From contig WLQA01000001.1 of the NCBI GenBank assembly GCA_009698515.1, forward strand, positions 1 through 33,777: a stretch of 33,777 nucleotides of DNA, in the 5' to 3' direction. This DNA is from Actinomycetota bacterium (GTDB lineage Bacteria > Actinomycetota > Actinomycetes > Nanopelagicales > Nanopelagicaceae). Positions 1-10,365 of this stretch are shown here, piece after piece; position 1 is the stretch's first letter, and every line of letters begins with the position of its first letter. The notes under the pieces are model-generated. The model saw only the letters and a list, made by a program, of their open reading frames with translations, ran no database searches and was not told where the DNA came from. The position numbers and the translations under genes are program-made.

Positions 1-1
1 A

Positions 2-697
2 GGATTCCTAAAAGCCAAAACCGGTGCGCATGAAGTAATTGTCACTATTATGCTTAATTACATTGCATCCTTTTTCCTATTGTGGATTTTAAAAACCAAG
101 ACATTTTTAAGACCAGGAAATATAAATCCACTCGCACCTGATGTTAAGTCAAGTGCTGAGCTTCCGAAGCTTCTAGGACAAGATCTTCGAGTTAATTTGG
201 GAATAATTATTGCGTTAGTTGTAGCGGTATTTGTCTGGTGGGTGTTAAATAAAAGCACTCTTGGTTTTAAATTTAGGGCGGTGGGAGCCAGCGCTAGCGC
301 GGCTAAGACTGCTGGTATATCAACTGGTTTTGTAACTTTTTCAACGATGTTTATATGTGGAGCCTTAGCCGGCCTTGGTGGAGCAGTGCATGTCCTAGGT
401 ACAAATCATGCACTCGGAACAGATGTTGGTGGAAGCTATGGATTTGATGCAATTACTGTTGCATTGTTAGGTCGCGCATCAGTTTTAGGCACAGTTTTAG
501 CCGCCTTTTTGTTTGGAGCGCTTCAAACAAGCGGATTAAATTTATTATCAGTAACTGGTACACCATTAGAGATAGTGCAAGTGATCCAAGCACTAATCGT
601 TCTCTTTATTGCAACTCCTGCTTTAATCAAATTTATTTTTAGAATTAAAAATGAAATTTCCGAAAAAGCTATTACCGCTAAAGGTTGGAACGGTTAA
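2..697 (+). CDS. Nucleoside/sugar ABC transporter permease (BPD_transp_2 family), 5'-truncated by the window edge
   Basis: Frame is open from base 2 (GFLKAKTGAHEVIVTIMLNYIA...). Hydrophobic TM segments, GFKFRAVG and YGFDAITVALLG motifs; upstream of cdd/deoA. Confidence 0.9.
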   Translation, partial: GFLKAKTGAHEVIVTIMLNYIASFFLLWILKTKTFLRPGNINPLAPDVKSSAELPKLLGQDLRVNLGIIIALVVAVFVWWVLNKSTLGFKFRAVGASASAAKTAGISTGFVTFSTMFICGALAGLGGAVHVLGTNHALGTDVGGSYGFDAITVALLGRASVLGTVLAAFLFGALQTSGLNLLSVTGTPLEIVQVIQALIVLFIATPALIKFIFRIKNEISEKAITAKGWNG

Positions 698-1953
698 TGG
701 CATTCTTGAGCAGTAATCAGGTGCGTCAAAGGCGTAGCATTTATGCAATGTCTTTATTTCTGATGTTCTTTTCTTATATTTTCTACTTCAAGTCAAATAA
801 GAAGGAAGATATAACCTTTGGTTTTGTTGTTGATAAAGAATGGCAGCTTATAAATGAATGGGCATTACCCTCAAAAACTGGCGCTGGCCTTTTCTTATTT
901 TTGGCATTGCTTGGAATTGCAATAGCTTATTTACAATTTAGATTGGGCAAAAAAATAATTATCGGCAGCTTCGTATTTGGGTTTGGCAGCATACTGGCAT
1001 TTTTATGTTGGACTGCTGCTGGAAAATTTGTCCCATTTACTGGAATTCTTCAAGGTGCGATCATGTTCTCGGTGCCTTTAATCTTCGGCTCACTTTCTGG
1101 ATTATTGTGTGAAAAATCTGGTGTTATCAATATTGCGATTGAAGGTCAATTGTTGTTTGCGGCTTGTGTATCTGCGATGGTCGCAAGCATTAGCCAAAGT
1201 GCATTGATTGGTTTATTTCTTGCCCCGTTAGCCGGCATGTTGGTTTCCTTACTTCTTGCCTTTTTTGCAATTAAATATCAGGTTGATCAAGTAATTTTAG
1301 GATTTGTACTAAATGTTTTAGTCATTGGTTTAACTGGCTACATTTACTCAAAATTACTAGTTCCATCTGGAGATACTTGGAATATCGGTCCAACATTTGA
1401 AAGAATTTCAATTCCATTACTGGCAAAATTACCGATTCTGGGGCCAATACTATTTAATCAAACAATAATTGTTTACTTAATGTACCTTATAGTTGCAGCA
1501 ATCCAATTTGGTTTATATAAAACTCGTTGGGGACTTCGTACGAGGGCAATTGGTGAACTTCCAATCGCGGCAGATAGCGTTGGCATCGATGTGAATAGTC
1601 TCCGTTATAAGAATGTATTGCTTGCTGGTTTGGTCGCTGGAATCGGTGGCTCTTATTTCACATTAGGTGCAGTTGGTAGCTTCACTAAAGAGATGACAGC
1701 GGGCGCAGGCTTTATTGCACTTGCTTGTTTAATCTTTGGAAAATGGACACCTCGCGGAGCGGTTATTGCTGCTCTATTTTTTGGATTCACTACAAGTTTG
1801 CAAGGCAATCTTTCAATTATTGGATTTTCAATCCCTTCAGAGTTCATGTTGATGGTTCCTTACATTGCAACGATTATTGCGGTATCTGGCGTGGTTGGGC
1901 GGGTTCGTGCACCTGCGGCAGATGGAATTCCGTATTCACGTGGGAATAAGTAA
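697..1953 (+). CDS. Nucleoside ABC transporter permease, second subunit
   Basis: EKSGVINIAIEG, WGLRTRAIGE, GFIALACLIFGKW and PYIAT motifs. ATG at 697 overlaps the upstream TAA (TAATG), preferred over the TTG at 685. Confidence 0.9.
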   Translation: MAFLSSNQVRQRRSIYAMSLFLMFFSYIFYFKSNKKEDITFGFVVDKEWQLINEWALPSKTGAGLFLFLALLGIAIAYLQFRLGKKIIIGSFVFGFGSILAFLCWTAAGKFVPFTGILQGAIMFSVPLIFGSLSGLLCEKSGVINIAIEGQLLFAACVSAMVASISQSALIGLFLAPLAGMLVSLLLAFFAIKYQVDQVILGFVLNVLVIGLTGYIYSKLLVPSGDTWNIGPTFERISIPLLAKLPILGPILFNQTIIVYLMYLIVAAIQFGLYKTRWGLRTRAIGELPIAADSVGIDVNSLRYKNVLLAGLVAGIGGSYFTLGAVGSFTKEMTAGAGFIALACLIFGKWTPRGAVIAALFFGFTTSLQGNLSIIGFSIPSEFMLMVPYIATIIAVSGVVGRVRAPAADGIPYSRGNK

Positions 1954-1992
1954 CTGGTAATAAGTAATTTAATTTCGTAGGAGAATTACCCC

Positions 1993-2382
1993 ATGGAAAT
2001 CAATTGGGAATCTCTGCACCAATCAGCTAAAGAGATTATGAAAAAGGCGTATGCGCCTTACTCAAACTTTAAAGTTGGCGTTGCTGCATTAGTAGATGAT
2101 GGGCGAGTAGTCGTTGGTTGTAATAGTGAGAACGCCAGTTATGGTGTTGGCTTGTGTGCTGAGTGCGGATTAATTTCATCTTTAACAGCAACTGGTGGTG
2201 GCCGATTAATAGCTGCGGTTTGTGTTGATGGCGATGGAAATTATTTATCACCATGTGGTCGTTGTCGCCAATTGTTATTTGAACATGGCGGAAATGAAAT
2301 GTTATTTATGACTCCAGATGGACCAAAGCCAATGTCTCATATGTTGCCTTGGGCATTTGGACCAGAGGATTTAAATAAGTGA
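1993..2382 (+). CDS. cdd: Cytidine deaminase (tetrameric type)
   Basis: AYAPYSNFKVG, Zn motifs CAE and PCGRC; SD AGGAG upstream. Confidence 0.95.
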   Translation: MEINWESLHQSAKEIMKKAYAPYSNFKVGVAALVDDGRVVVGCNSENASYGVGLCAECGLISSLTATGGGRLIAAVCVDGDGNYLSPCGRCRQLLFEHGGNEMLFMTPDGPKPMSHMLPWAFGPEDLNK

Positions 2383-3674
2383 GTGAGCGTTACGCAGCTG
2401 TTGAAATAATTTCGGCTAAGCGAGATAAATTTGAATTAAATGATGATCAAATTGATTGGACGATAGACGCCTACACTCGTGGTGTTATCGCTGATGAACA
2501 AATGTCAGCGTTGTTAATGGCAATTTTGTTAAATGGCATGAACAATCGCGAAATCTCTCGCTGGACAGACGCGATGATTGCAAGTGGTGAGCGAATGAAT
2601 TGGTCGATGTTAGATCGCCCAACAGTGGATAAACATTCAACAGGTGGAGTTGGCGACAAAATTACTTTGCCACTTGCGCCGTTGGTTGCAGCATGTGGCG
2701 CAGCAGTTCCACAATTATCAGGTCGCGGACTTGGTCATACCGGTGGAACCTTAGACAAGATGGAATCGATTAAGGGTTGGAAAGCATCATTAAGTAATGC
2801 AGAGATGTTAAAGGTATTACAAGATTGTGGCGCAGTAATTTGCGCAGCTGGAGCGGGGTTGGCGCCAGCAGACAAGAAGTTATATGCACTTCGTGATGTA
2901 ACAGCAACTGTGCAAGCAATTCCATTAATTGCATCTTCAATTATGAGTAAGAAAATTGCCGAAGGAACAAGTGCATTAATCCTTGATGTTAAAACTGGTT
3001 CTGGTGCATTTATGAGTGATCCAAAGGATGCTGGGCTACTTGCGCGCACCATGGTTGAACTAGGTAAAAGAGCTGGCGTTAAAACTAGAGCATTGGTTAC
3101 CGCAATGGATGTTCCACTTGGTTTAACTGCTGGAAATGCTCTTGAAGTGCGTGAAACTTTAGAAGTTTTATCAGGCGGTGGACCAGCAGATGTTGTTGAG
3201 TTAACTGTTTTGCTGGCAAATGAGATGTTAGATGCTGTTGGAATTAAACCTAAAGTTGATCCCGCTACTGCATTAAAAAATGGATTAGCAATGGATGCTT
3301 GGCGCAAAATGGTGGCAGCACAAGGTGGCGATAATGATGCACCACTTCCAGTTGCAAAAGAGAAGATTGAAATTAAGGCGCAAAGTGATGGCAAATTAAT
3401 AACACTAGATGCCATGAAGGTTGGCGTTGCAGCATGGCGCTTAGGTGCTGGTAGATCTAAACAAGGTGAGGTTGTGCAAGCAGGGGCTGGAATTGAAATT
3501 CACGCTAAACCAGGTGAGATGGTTAAAAATGGTCAAACGATTTTAACTTTACATACCGATGAGAGCGCCCGATTTGAACGTGCCAAAGATGCGTTAGTTG
3601 ATGCCTTTTCAATTGGTGGTGTCGATGAAAAAATTAGTCGCCTACCATTAGTTATAGAACGAATTGAGGGGTAA
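2379..3674 (+). CDS. deoA: Thymidine / pyrimidine-nucleoside phosphorylase
   Basis: DKHSTGGVGDK, SGRGLGHTGGTLDK, LYALRDVTATV, SSIMSKK; GTGA overlap with cdd. Confidence 0.95.
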   Translation: MSERYAAVEIISAKRDKFELNDDQIDWTIDAYTRGVIADEQMSALLMAILLNGMNNREISRWTDAMIASGERMNWSMLDRPTVDKHSTGGVGDKITLPLAPLVAACGAAVPQLSGRGLGHTGGTLDKMESIKGWKASLSNAEMLKVLQDCGAVICAAGAGLAPADKKLYALRDVTATVQAIPLIASSIMSKKIAEGTSALILDVKTGSGAFMSDPKDAGLLARTMVELGKRAGVKTRALVTAMDVPLGLTAGNALEVRETLEVLSGGGPADVVELTVLLANEMLDAVGIKPKVDPATALKNGLAMDAWRKMVAAQGGDNDAPLPVAKEKIEIKAQSDGKLITLDAMKVGVAAWRLGAGRSKQGEVVQAGAGIEIHAKPGEMVKNGQTILTLHTDESARFERAKDALVDAFSIGGVDEKISRLPLVIERIEG

Positions 3675-4769
3675 GTGTCACTAAGCAATAAACCAAGTAA
3701 GGATCAGGTTAAACGTCTGCCCAAAGCGGTTTTGCATGATCACTTAGATGGTGGTCTGCGCCCACAAACAATAATTGAGATTGCCGAAAAAATTGGTTAC
3801 AAAAAACTTCCAACTAATGATCCCATTGCATTAGGAAATTGGTTTGAGGAATCATGTAATTCACACTCATTGGTTCGTTACCTGGAAACTTTTTCCCACA
3901 CAATTGCAGTGATGCAAACCCAAGAAGCCATAATTCAAGTTGCTCGCGAGTGCGCAATTGATTTAGCTCGTGATGGCGTTGTCTATGCCGAAGTTCGTGG
4001 TGCACCAGAGTTATTTACCGAACAAGGTTTAAGTATTGACCAAGTTGTTGAAGCAACAACTGAAGGTTACAAACAAGGAATGGCAGAAGCGGCTAAAGAG
4101 GGCAAACAAATTCGCGTTGAATCATTGCTTTGCGGAATGCGCCAAGCTGGCAGATCTCAAGAGGCAGCAGAGGCGGTTGTTAAGTATCGCGACAAAGGTG
4201 TTGTTGGTTTTGATATTGCCGGACCTGAAGATGGTTTCCCACCAACAAAACAATTAGAAACTTTTGAGTACTTAAGACGCGAAAATGCACACTTCACTAT
4301 TCATGCTGGTGAGGCTTATGGATTGCCATCAATTTGGGAAGCAATTCAAATTTGTGGTGCTGAGCGCTTAGGTCATGGCGTTCGAATCATTGATGATATT
4401 GATTTCAGTGGGCCAACTCCAAAGCTGGGAAGATTGGCATCATATGTGCGAGATCGCCGTATCCCACTTGAACTTTGCCCAACTTCAAATCTACAAACTG
4501 GCGCAGCTAAAACTTACAAAGAACATCCAATTGGTGTGCTGGCAAAGTTACGTTTTAGAATCACTTTAAATACCGATAACCGATTAATGAGCAACACTTC
4601 TATGACACATGAAATGAATCAATGTGTGGAGGCATTTGATTGGAAGTTTGTAGATTTACAACGCGTAACGGTAAATGCATTGAAGAGCTCATTTATTCCA
4701 TTTGAAGAGCGACTTGAAATTATTGAAAAGGTTGTAAAACCAGCTTACCTAGCTATTGCTGCAGAGTAG
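3675..4769 (+). CDS. add: Adenosine deaminase
   Basis: [32 protein letters not shown] motifs. Confidence 0.95.
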   Translation: MSLSNKPSKDQVKRLPKAVLHDHLDGGLRPQTIIEIAEKIGYKKLPTNDPIALGNWFEESCNSHSLVRYLETFSHTIAVMQTQEAIIQVARECAIDLARDGVVYAEVRGAPELFTEQGLSIDQVVEATTEGYKQGMAEAAKEGKQIRVESLLCGMRQAGRSQEAAEAVVKYRDKGVVGFDIAGPEDGFPPTKQLETFEYLRRENAHFTIHAGEAYGLPSIWEAIQICGAERLGHGVRIIDDIDFSGPTPKLGRLASYVRDRRIPLELCPTSNLQTGAAKTYKEHPIGVLAKLRFRITLNTDNRLMSNTSMTHEMNQCVEAFDWKFVDLQRVTVNALKSSFIPFEERLEIIEKVVKPAYLAIAAE

Positions 4770-6369
4770 TTGCTAACTCTTTCTTAATTTGATCACAACG
4801 CAATTGCGCATCTGCTTTGCTTGCTGAAACAACCTCGATATAACACTTTAACTTTGGCTCAGTTCCACTTGGTCTAACAATGATGCGAATTCCATTGTTG
4901 TAAAAACAACGTATGCCAGGTGTTGGCATGCTCGGTGATTTAGCTAAATCCTCAACTGAAATCAACTCAGATCCGGCTAAAGTTTTTGGTGGATTACTTG
5001 TTACATTAGATAACAACTTATCAATTATTGAAAGATCACTTACTCTGACCGAAATCTGATCTGTCTTGTGGAATCCAAACTCATGACCAATTTCATTTAA
5101 ATAATCTGGAATCGAGATTCCGGCACTTTTTAACTCACCGACGATTTGCGCCAACATAACTGCCACGCTAATTCCATCCTTGTCATTTACATTTTTTGCA
5201 TCTACGCAGTATCCAAGTGCCTCTTCATAACCAAATGCCAAGTTTGAAATTTTTGAGATCCACTTAAAGCCAGTTAAAGTCTCATGAAATTCGATGCCAG
5301 CTTTCTTTGCCATTTTACTTAGTAACGAAGATGAAACTAATGAGTTAGCAAATGCTCCATTATTGATTCGGTCTTTAGCTAAGAAGTACTTTCCTAAAAT
5401 TGCGCCAACTTCATCACCACGTAACATGCGCCAACCATGCTCTGGATCATTAATGGCGATCGCACATCGATCAGCATCTGGATCATTGGCAATTACTAAA
5501 TCAGCATTGTGTTGCTTGGCATAATCAAGTGCTAAATCAATAGCACCTGCCTCTTCTGGGTTAGGAAAGGCAGTGGTTGGAAAATCCGGATCAGCTTTTT
5601 CCTGTTCAGTGACCATTATTGGTTTTGCAAAACCTGCCTCTTTAAATACTTGTAGAAAGGTTTCGGAACCAACTCCATGTAATGCCGTATATACGATCTT
5701 AAGTTGATTTGGGGTTTTAACCAGAGCTGAAACTGATTTTATGTAATCAGTAATTACCGTCTCTGGAACCGTCTCATATGAAGTTAGACGATTAGGTTTT
5801 AACTCTGCCTTGCTAATGAAATCAGATATCTCACTATCAATTGGCGAAATTATTTGTGATCCATGGTAATTAACACCATTAATCACACCGCCTAAGTAAA
5901 CCTTGTAACCGTTATCGATCGCGGGGTTGTGACTTGCCGTCACCATAATTCCAACATCTGCCTTTAATTTATTTACTGCATAGGCCAGTACTGGAGTTGG
6001 TAATTCACGAGGTAATACAAAGGTTTTAAATCCTGCGCCAGCTAATATCTCAGCAGAGTCTTTAGCAAAATCTTTAGAGCCATGTCTGGCATCTCTGCCA
6101 ATAACAACTGATTTCAAGCCATGTGCTTTCATAAAGGCGGCAATACCTGCAGCTGCTCTGCTGACAACGGCGCGATTCATACATGATGGACCAGGACCCA
6201 TTGGGCCACGAAGGCCGGCGGTACCAAATTGTAAGAAGCCATTAAAGGACCGCTTTAACTCTGATTGATTATTTTCATTTAGCCATTGTTGTAATTGTGC
6301 TGCTGTTTTTGGATCTGGATCATGCTTGATCCATTGCATTACCTCTTGCGTTAAATCTTGAGAAATCAC
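4753..6369 (-). CDS. Alpha-D-phosphohexomutase family phospho-sugar mutase (PmmB/PGM2-like; possibly phosphopentomutase)
   Basis: FGTAGLRG, catalytic TASHNP, metal loop [24 protein letters not shown]; GTGA overlap with PNP. Confidence 0.9.
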   Translation of the reverse strand: MISQDLTQEVMQWIKHDPDPKTAAQLQQWLNENNQSELKRSFNGFLQFGTAGLRGPMGPGPSCMNRAVVSRAAAGIAAFMKAHGLKSVVIGRDARHGSKDFAKDSAEILAGAGFKTFVLPRELPTPVLAYAVNKLKADVGIMVTASHNPAIDNGYKVYLGGVINGVNYHGSQIISPIDSEISDFISKAELKPNRLTSYETVPETVITDYIKSVSALVKTPNQLKIVYTALHGVGSETFLQVFKEAGFAKPIMVTEQEKADPDFPTTAFPNPEEAGAIDLALDYAKQHNADLVIANDPDADRCAIAINDPEHGWRMLRGDEVGAILGKYFLAKDRINNGAFANSLVSSSLLSKMAKKAGIEFHETLTGFKWISKISNLAFGYEEALGYCVDAKNVNDKDGISVAVMLAQIVGELKSAGISIPDYLNEIGHEFGFHKTDQISVRVSDLSIIDKLLSNVTSNPPKTLAGSELISVEDLAKSPSMPTPGIRCFYNNGIRIIVRPSGTEPKLKCYIEVVSASKADAQLRCDQIKKELATTLQQ

Positions 6370-7175
6370 AACTTTGGTAATACCGCGGCGAGCAATTTAC
6401 CCATGCGATCTGCTGCTGCTTTGCCAGCGGCAATAACCTCTTCATGATTTAGTTTTTCACCTGTAACACCTGCAGCTGCATTTGTTACTAGCGAGATTCC
6501 TAATACTTCAGCGCCAAGTGCATGTGCGGCAATCGCTTCTGGAACGGTGGACATACCAACTAGATCTGCACCTAATGTGCGCATCATGCGAATTTCAGCA
6601 GGAGTTTCATAAGAAGGTCCACGCCAATGCACATAAACACCTTCTGCCAAAGTTGAATCCTCTGCCTTAACAAGAGCCCGTAAGCGCTTGCTGTACAGAT
6701 CTGTTAAATCAACAAAATCTGCACCAATTAATGGGGAGGCAGCAGTTAATGAGATGTGATCTTTAATCAAAACTGGTTGACCAACTTTGTATTCAGTATT
6801 AATACCACCACAAGCATTGGTTAATACAACCGCTTTACATCCTGCCTTAACCGCGGTGCGAGCAGCGTGTGCAACTGGTTCCATTCCTAAACCTTCGTAG
6901 AAATGTGTTCGGCCTAAGAAAACCAAAGCATTTATACCGCCAGCTAATTCGTAAGATCTAACCTTTCCACCATGACCAACAACTGTTGGTGCCGGAAAAC
7001 CTGGAATATCAGTTACGGAAAACTCATGTGTTGGTGTGCCAAGTGCATCTGCGGCTGAGATCCAACCAGAGCCCATGACAAGTGCAACATCATGTTTTGC
7101 TTTACCTGTTTTTTCGGCGATCGCCTTTGCAGCTTTTTCAGCAGTTCCAATTGGGTCTTTATATAGATCGCTCAT
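6366..7175 (-). CDS. punA: Purine-nucleoside phosphorylase (trimeric type)
   Basis: MGSGW, GRTHFYEG, TNACGG, GPSYETPAE, VGMSTVPE, VTNAAAG. Confidence 0.95.
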   Translation of the reverse strand: MSDLYKDPIGTAEKAAKAIAEKTGKAKHDVALVMGSGWISAADALGTPTHEFSVTDIPGFPAPTVVGHGGKVRSYELAGGINALVFLGRTHFYEGLGMEPVAHAARTAVKAGCKAVVLTNACGGINTEYKVGQPVLIKDHISLTAASPLIGADFVDLTDLYSKRLRALVKAEDSTLAEGVYVHWRGPSYETPAEIRMMRTLGADLVGMSTVPEAIAAHALGAEVLGISLVTNAAAGVTGEKLNHEEVIAAGKAAADRMGKLLAAVLPKL

Positions 7176-7197
7176 TGGCCTAACTTATCCTAATAAA

Positions 7198-7797
7198 TTA
7201 AGAATTTTTTAAATCTGGCCAGTTGTAACCAAGTGAGATAACCATTTTTCTAAGCAAGGGAAGTGATAACCCAATGATGCCACTTGGATCTCCTTCAATC
7301 TTTGTAATAAATGGCGCACTTAAGCCATCTAGTGAAAATCCGCCAGCTAAATTAATTGGTTCACCTGAATCTACATAGTCAGTAATTTCAACATCTGTCA
7401 TTTCAGCAAAGCTGACTTTGGCAGTTGATCGCTCTGTAAGTTCGATACCTTTTTTCAAATCAATTAAACAATGTCCAGTATGTAAGTATCCATACTTGCC
7501 ACTTAACATTTTGGAGTTGGCAATTGCATTCTCTTTACTGCCTGGCTTACCAATTGATTGGCCATTAAATTCAAAGGTGGAATCGCAGCCCAAAATTAAG
7601 GAGTCAGCTGGTGCACCCTCTTTTACAGTGTGTGCTTTCATAATTGCTAAAGCTAAAACCATTTCACTTGGTGCCAGTGCGGTTATCTCCGGTGACTCTT
7701 CATCTACACCACTTACTAGAACTTGTGGGTTGATGCCAACACTTTTAAGTAAGCGAAGACGAGAAGGTGAAGATGAGGCAAGAATTAAGTTAACCAT
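7198..7797 (-). CDS. maf: Maf family nucleoside triphosphate pyrophosphatase
   Basis: LILASSSPSR, GCDS, GKP, AGGF, IIGL motifs. Start placed at ATG 7797 (MVNLILAS) to avoid overlap with the divergent gene. Confidence 0.9.
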   Translation of the reverse strand: MVNLILASSSPSRLRLLKSVGINPQVLVSGVDEESPEITALAPSEMVLALAIMKAHTVKEGAPADSLILGCDSTFEFNGQSIGKPGSKENAIANSKMLSGKYGYLHTGHCLIDLKKGIELTERSTAKVSFAEMTDVEITDYVDSGEPINLAGGFSLDGLSAPFITKIEGDPSGIIGLSLPLLRKMVISLGYNWPDLKNS

Positions 7798-7817
7798 TAT
7801 GCGGGTAACCTTATTAC

Positions 7818-8639
7818 ATGGCATTCCCACTTGTTGGCGTTATCGCACCAGCACATGTGATTTCGCAAATATCGCAAGCCGCAGCGCGATTAGGTGTTCA
7901 AATCAAAAGCAGTACTAAAACCATGTCAGCTGAGGAATTAAGCAATTTTGGCGCAGATTGTAAATTACTTTGCATTGAACCAGATCTAATTTCAACAGCT
8001 GCAATTCGCAGCGCAGAATCTGCTGGTGTAGTTATTTATCCATCCAGCAAATTACTTGATGCCGTAGCAACAATTGAATTATCAACTACAAGTGGGGAAC
8101 AACTAGCAATCCTGTCCGCTCGCTCCGCTCATGCGCAATCGGTTATTTGGCCAATCTCATTAATCAATAATGATTTGGTGATTACTCCAGCTCCTGGTGT
8201 TAGTGAAGAGCAGGCAATTACAATTGCAGTTTCTAATTTAAATCTATTAGCAGAGTTGGCGTTAACAGGTGCTGTGGAATTACTTGTTGATGCTAATGAT
8301 TATCAAAAACTATTAAAGATTAATTGGCTTCAACCTATTTCAGCCTTTGCTACACAAATAAACTCAGTCACTGATTATTATGAGCAGTATCTACGTGCAG
8401 TATTGGATTTACCGCTGGGTGATAGCGGATCAAGTAAGAGCTACACAGTTACCGGATTTTTAAAGACAGATCCACAAAGTGATGATTACCGGCCTTATCT
8501 ACATTTAATGGCGCGAAATCCAAATTTAAAGTTTGATCAGAGATTAAAGATAGTTGGTTTATCTGGCGAGAATTTAGAATCGTTGTTAACAGAGGTAATT
8601 CATGCCCAGCAGTACTACAGCGGAGAAATAGATTCCTAG
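7818..8639 (+). CDS. Degenerate, shortened PurK-like (N5-CAIR synthetase-derived) protein
   Basis: FPLVGVI at the N-terminus, ARS..AQSVIWP...PAPG, EQYLRAVLDLPLG and YLHLMARNP resemble actinobacterial PurK. GGGQL, GYDGKG and RPHNSGH motifs are absent. Confidence 0.7.
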   Translation: MAFPLVGVIAPAHVISQISQAAARLGVQIKSSTKTMSAEELSNFGADCKLLCIEPDLISTAAIRSAESAGVVIYPSSKLLDAVATIELSTTSGEQLAILSARSAHAQSVIWPISLINNDLVITPAPGVSEEQAITIAVSNLNLLAELALTGAVELLVDANDYQKLLKINWLQPISAFATQINSVTDYYEQYLRAVLDLPLGDSGSSKSYTVTGFLKTDPQSDDYRPYLHLMARNPNLKFDQRLKIVGLSGENLESLLTEVIHAQQYYSGEIDS

Positions 8640-9028
8640 CCGCGCTTTCGATATTCGATAGCCGGACAATGATTCATAACCGCCAACAAACCAGCATCTT
8701 TGGCCCGAGCTACTGCGCCTTCATCAATTACATCTAATTGCAACCAGACACCCTTGGCGCCAATTGCAATCGCTTCATTAACAACTGCGCCGGCTAAGTC
8801 AGAGTTAACAAAGATATCAACTACATCTACGGCAACTGGAATTTCACTTAACTTCGCATAACCAATTTGTCCATGAACAGTTTCAGCCTTTGGATGAACT
8901 GGAATTACAGTGTGTCCCTTTTCTATTAACAATTTAGCTACACCAAATGCGGCTCGATCTGGATTATTACTTAACCCAACTACCGCCCAAGTTTTTAATG
9001 CCAACAATTGATCTATTTGATCGCTCAA
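8636..9028 (-). CDS. CoA-binding protein (YccU/CoA_binding_2 family)
   Basis: WAVVGLSNNPDRAA, PVHP, VDVVDIF, AKGVWLQL, CPAIE; TTG start directly after the ugd stop. Confidence 0.9.
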   Translation of the reverse strand: MSDQIDQLLALKTWAVVGLSNNPDRAAFGVAKLLIEKGHTVIPVHPKAETVHGQIGYAKLSEIPVAVDVVDIFVNSDLAGAVVNEAIAIGAKGVWLQLDVIDEGAVARAKDAGLLAVMNHCPAIEYRKRG

Positions 9029-10351
9029 CTACTTAGCCATCTCATCTGCGCGACCAAGGGCGCGAAACTTCCAACCAGCATTACGCCATGCAGTGCGATC
9101 TAAGGCGTTTCGGCCATCAATCATGATTGCATTTTTAACCAGAGATTTCATCTTTGCGGGATCTAATTCACGATAGATCTTCCACTCAGTTAGATGCAAA
9201 ACTAATTCAGCATCCTGCAATGTTTTTTCTACATTATCTGCAAAATTTAATGCCGGAAAACGCTTTTGTGCATTTGCGATTGCTTTTGGATCATGCACTG
9301 TCACCAATGCACCAGCTGCTTGAATTTGTGCTGCGATATCAAGTGCTGGTGAGTCGCGCACATCATCACTGTCTGGTTTAAATGCAGCGCCAAGAATGGC
9401 AATTTTCTTACCCTTTAGATCATCACTTAAATCTTTACGAACTAATTCAATAATTCGTTGGCGCGCACGTAAGTTGATTGAATCAATCTCTTTTAGGAAT
9501 TCAAGTGCTTGTTGTGCGCCTAGCTCTTCAGCTCGTGCCATAAATGCGCGAATATCCTTTGGTAAACATCCGCCACCAAAACCAATTCCAGCTTGTAAGA
9601 ATTTGCTGCCGATGCGAGGGTCATAACCGATAGCTTTTGCCAGGACAGTTACATCGCCACCGGCTGCTTCGCAAATTTCCGCCATGGCATTAATAAATGA
9701 AATTTTTGTGGCGAGAAATGAATTTGCTGCGACTTTAACCAATTCAGATGTTGGCAGATCTGCTCGAATCCATGGAATTCCATCAGCTAAATTTTTTGCA
9801 TAAACCTCTTTTAATGTTGCTTCTGCCTGATCGTTGGTTGTGCCAACTACTAAGCGATTAGGTCGCAAGGTATCTTCAACTGCAAAGCCTTCACGTAAAA
9901 ACTCTGGATTCCAGGCCAAATCTGCTTTTGGATTTACCGCTATTAATCGATCGCGCAATCTGGCAGCGGTACCTACTGGCACCGTTGATTTTCCAACGAC
10001 TAAAGATCCGGCTTTAACAAGTGGTGCAATAGTTTCAAGTGCGGAATTTACATAGGTTAAATCAGCTGCGATTCCATCTTTTACCTGAGGAGTACCAACG
10101 CAAATAAAGTGCACATCACAATCTGCAATATCTTTAAAATCTTTTGAAAACTTTAATCGGCCTGACTTGATTTGTTCGGCTAGTAGATCCTCTAAATCTG
10201 GTTCGTAAAATGGCACCTTTCCTTGTGCCAGCATTTCAATTTTGGCATGATCAACATCTACGCCTATTACCTCAAAGCCTAAACTGGCCATACATGCGGC
10301 ATGTGTTGCACCTAAATAGCCGGTACCAACAACGGAAAGCTTCAAACTCAT
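9029..10351 (-). CDS. ugd: UDP-glucose/GDP-mannose dehydrogenase family protein
   Basis: VVGTGYLG, CVGTP, KSTVPVGT, NPEFLREG, GFGGGCLPKD, FKPDSDDVRDSP. Confidence 0.95.
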   Translation of the reverse strand: MSLKLSVVGTGYLGATHAACMASLGFEVIGVDVDHAKIEMLAQGKVPFYEPDLEDLLAEQIKSGRLKFSKDFKDIADCDVHFICVGTPQVKDGIAADLTYVNSALETIAPLVKAGSLVVGKSTVPVGTAARLRDRLIAVNPKADLAWNPEFLREGFAVEDTLRPNRLVVGTTNDQAEATLKEVYAKNLADGIPWIRADLPTSELVKVAANSFLATKISFINAMAEICEAAGGDVTVLAKAIGYDPRIGSKFLQAGIGFGGGCLPKDIRAFMARAEELGAQQALEFLKEIDSINLRARQRIIELVRKDLSDDLKGKKIAILGAAFKPDSDDVRDSPALDIAAQIQAAGALVTVHDPKAIANAQKRFPALNFADNVEKTLQDAELVLHLTEWKIYRELDPAKMKSLVKNAIMIDGRNALDRTAWRNAGWKFRALGRADEMAK

Positions 10352-10365
10352 AGTAGTTAGCCTAC

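Noticed and set aside
1-1990. Apparently more T/AT-rich segment suggesting horizontal transfer
   Set aside because: Explained by hydrophobic membrane-protein codons; the context with cdd/deoA is standard, and composition was not computed.
2735-3415. 226-aa antisense ORF within deoA, and similar shadow ORFs (7418-7918, 20466-20873, 21532-21912, 25715-26059)
   Set aside because: Each lies fully opposite a well-supported gene and has no recognisable motifs; expected from codon bias.
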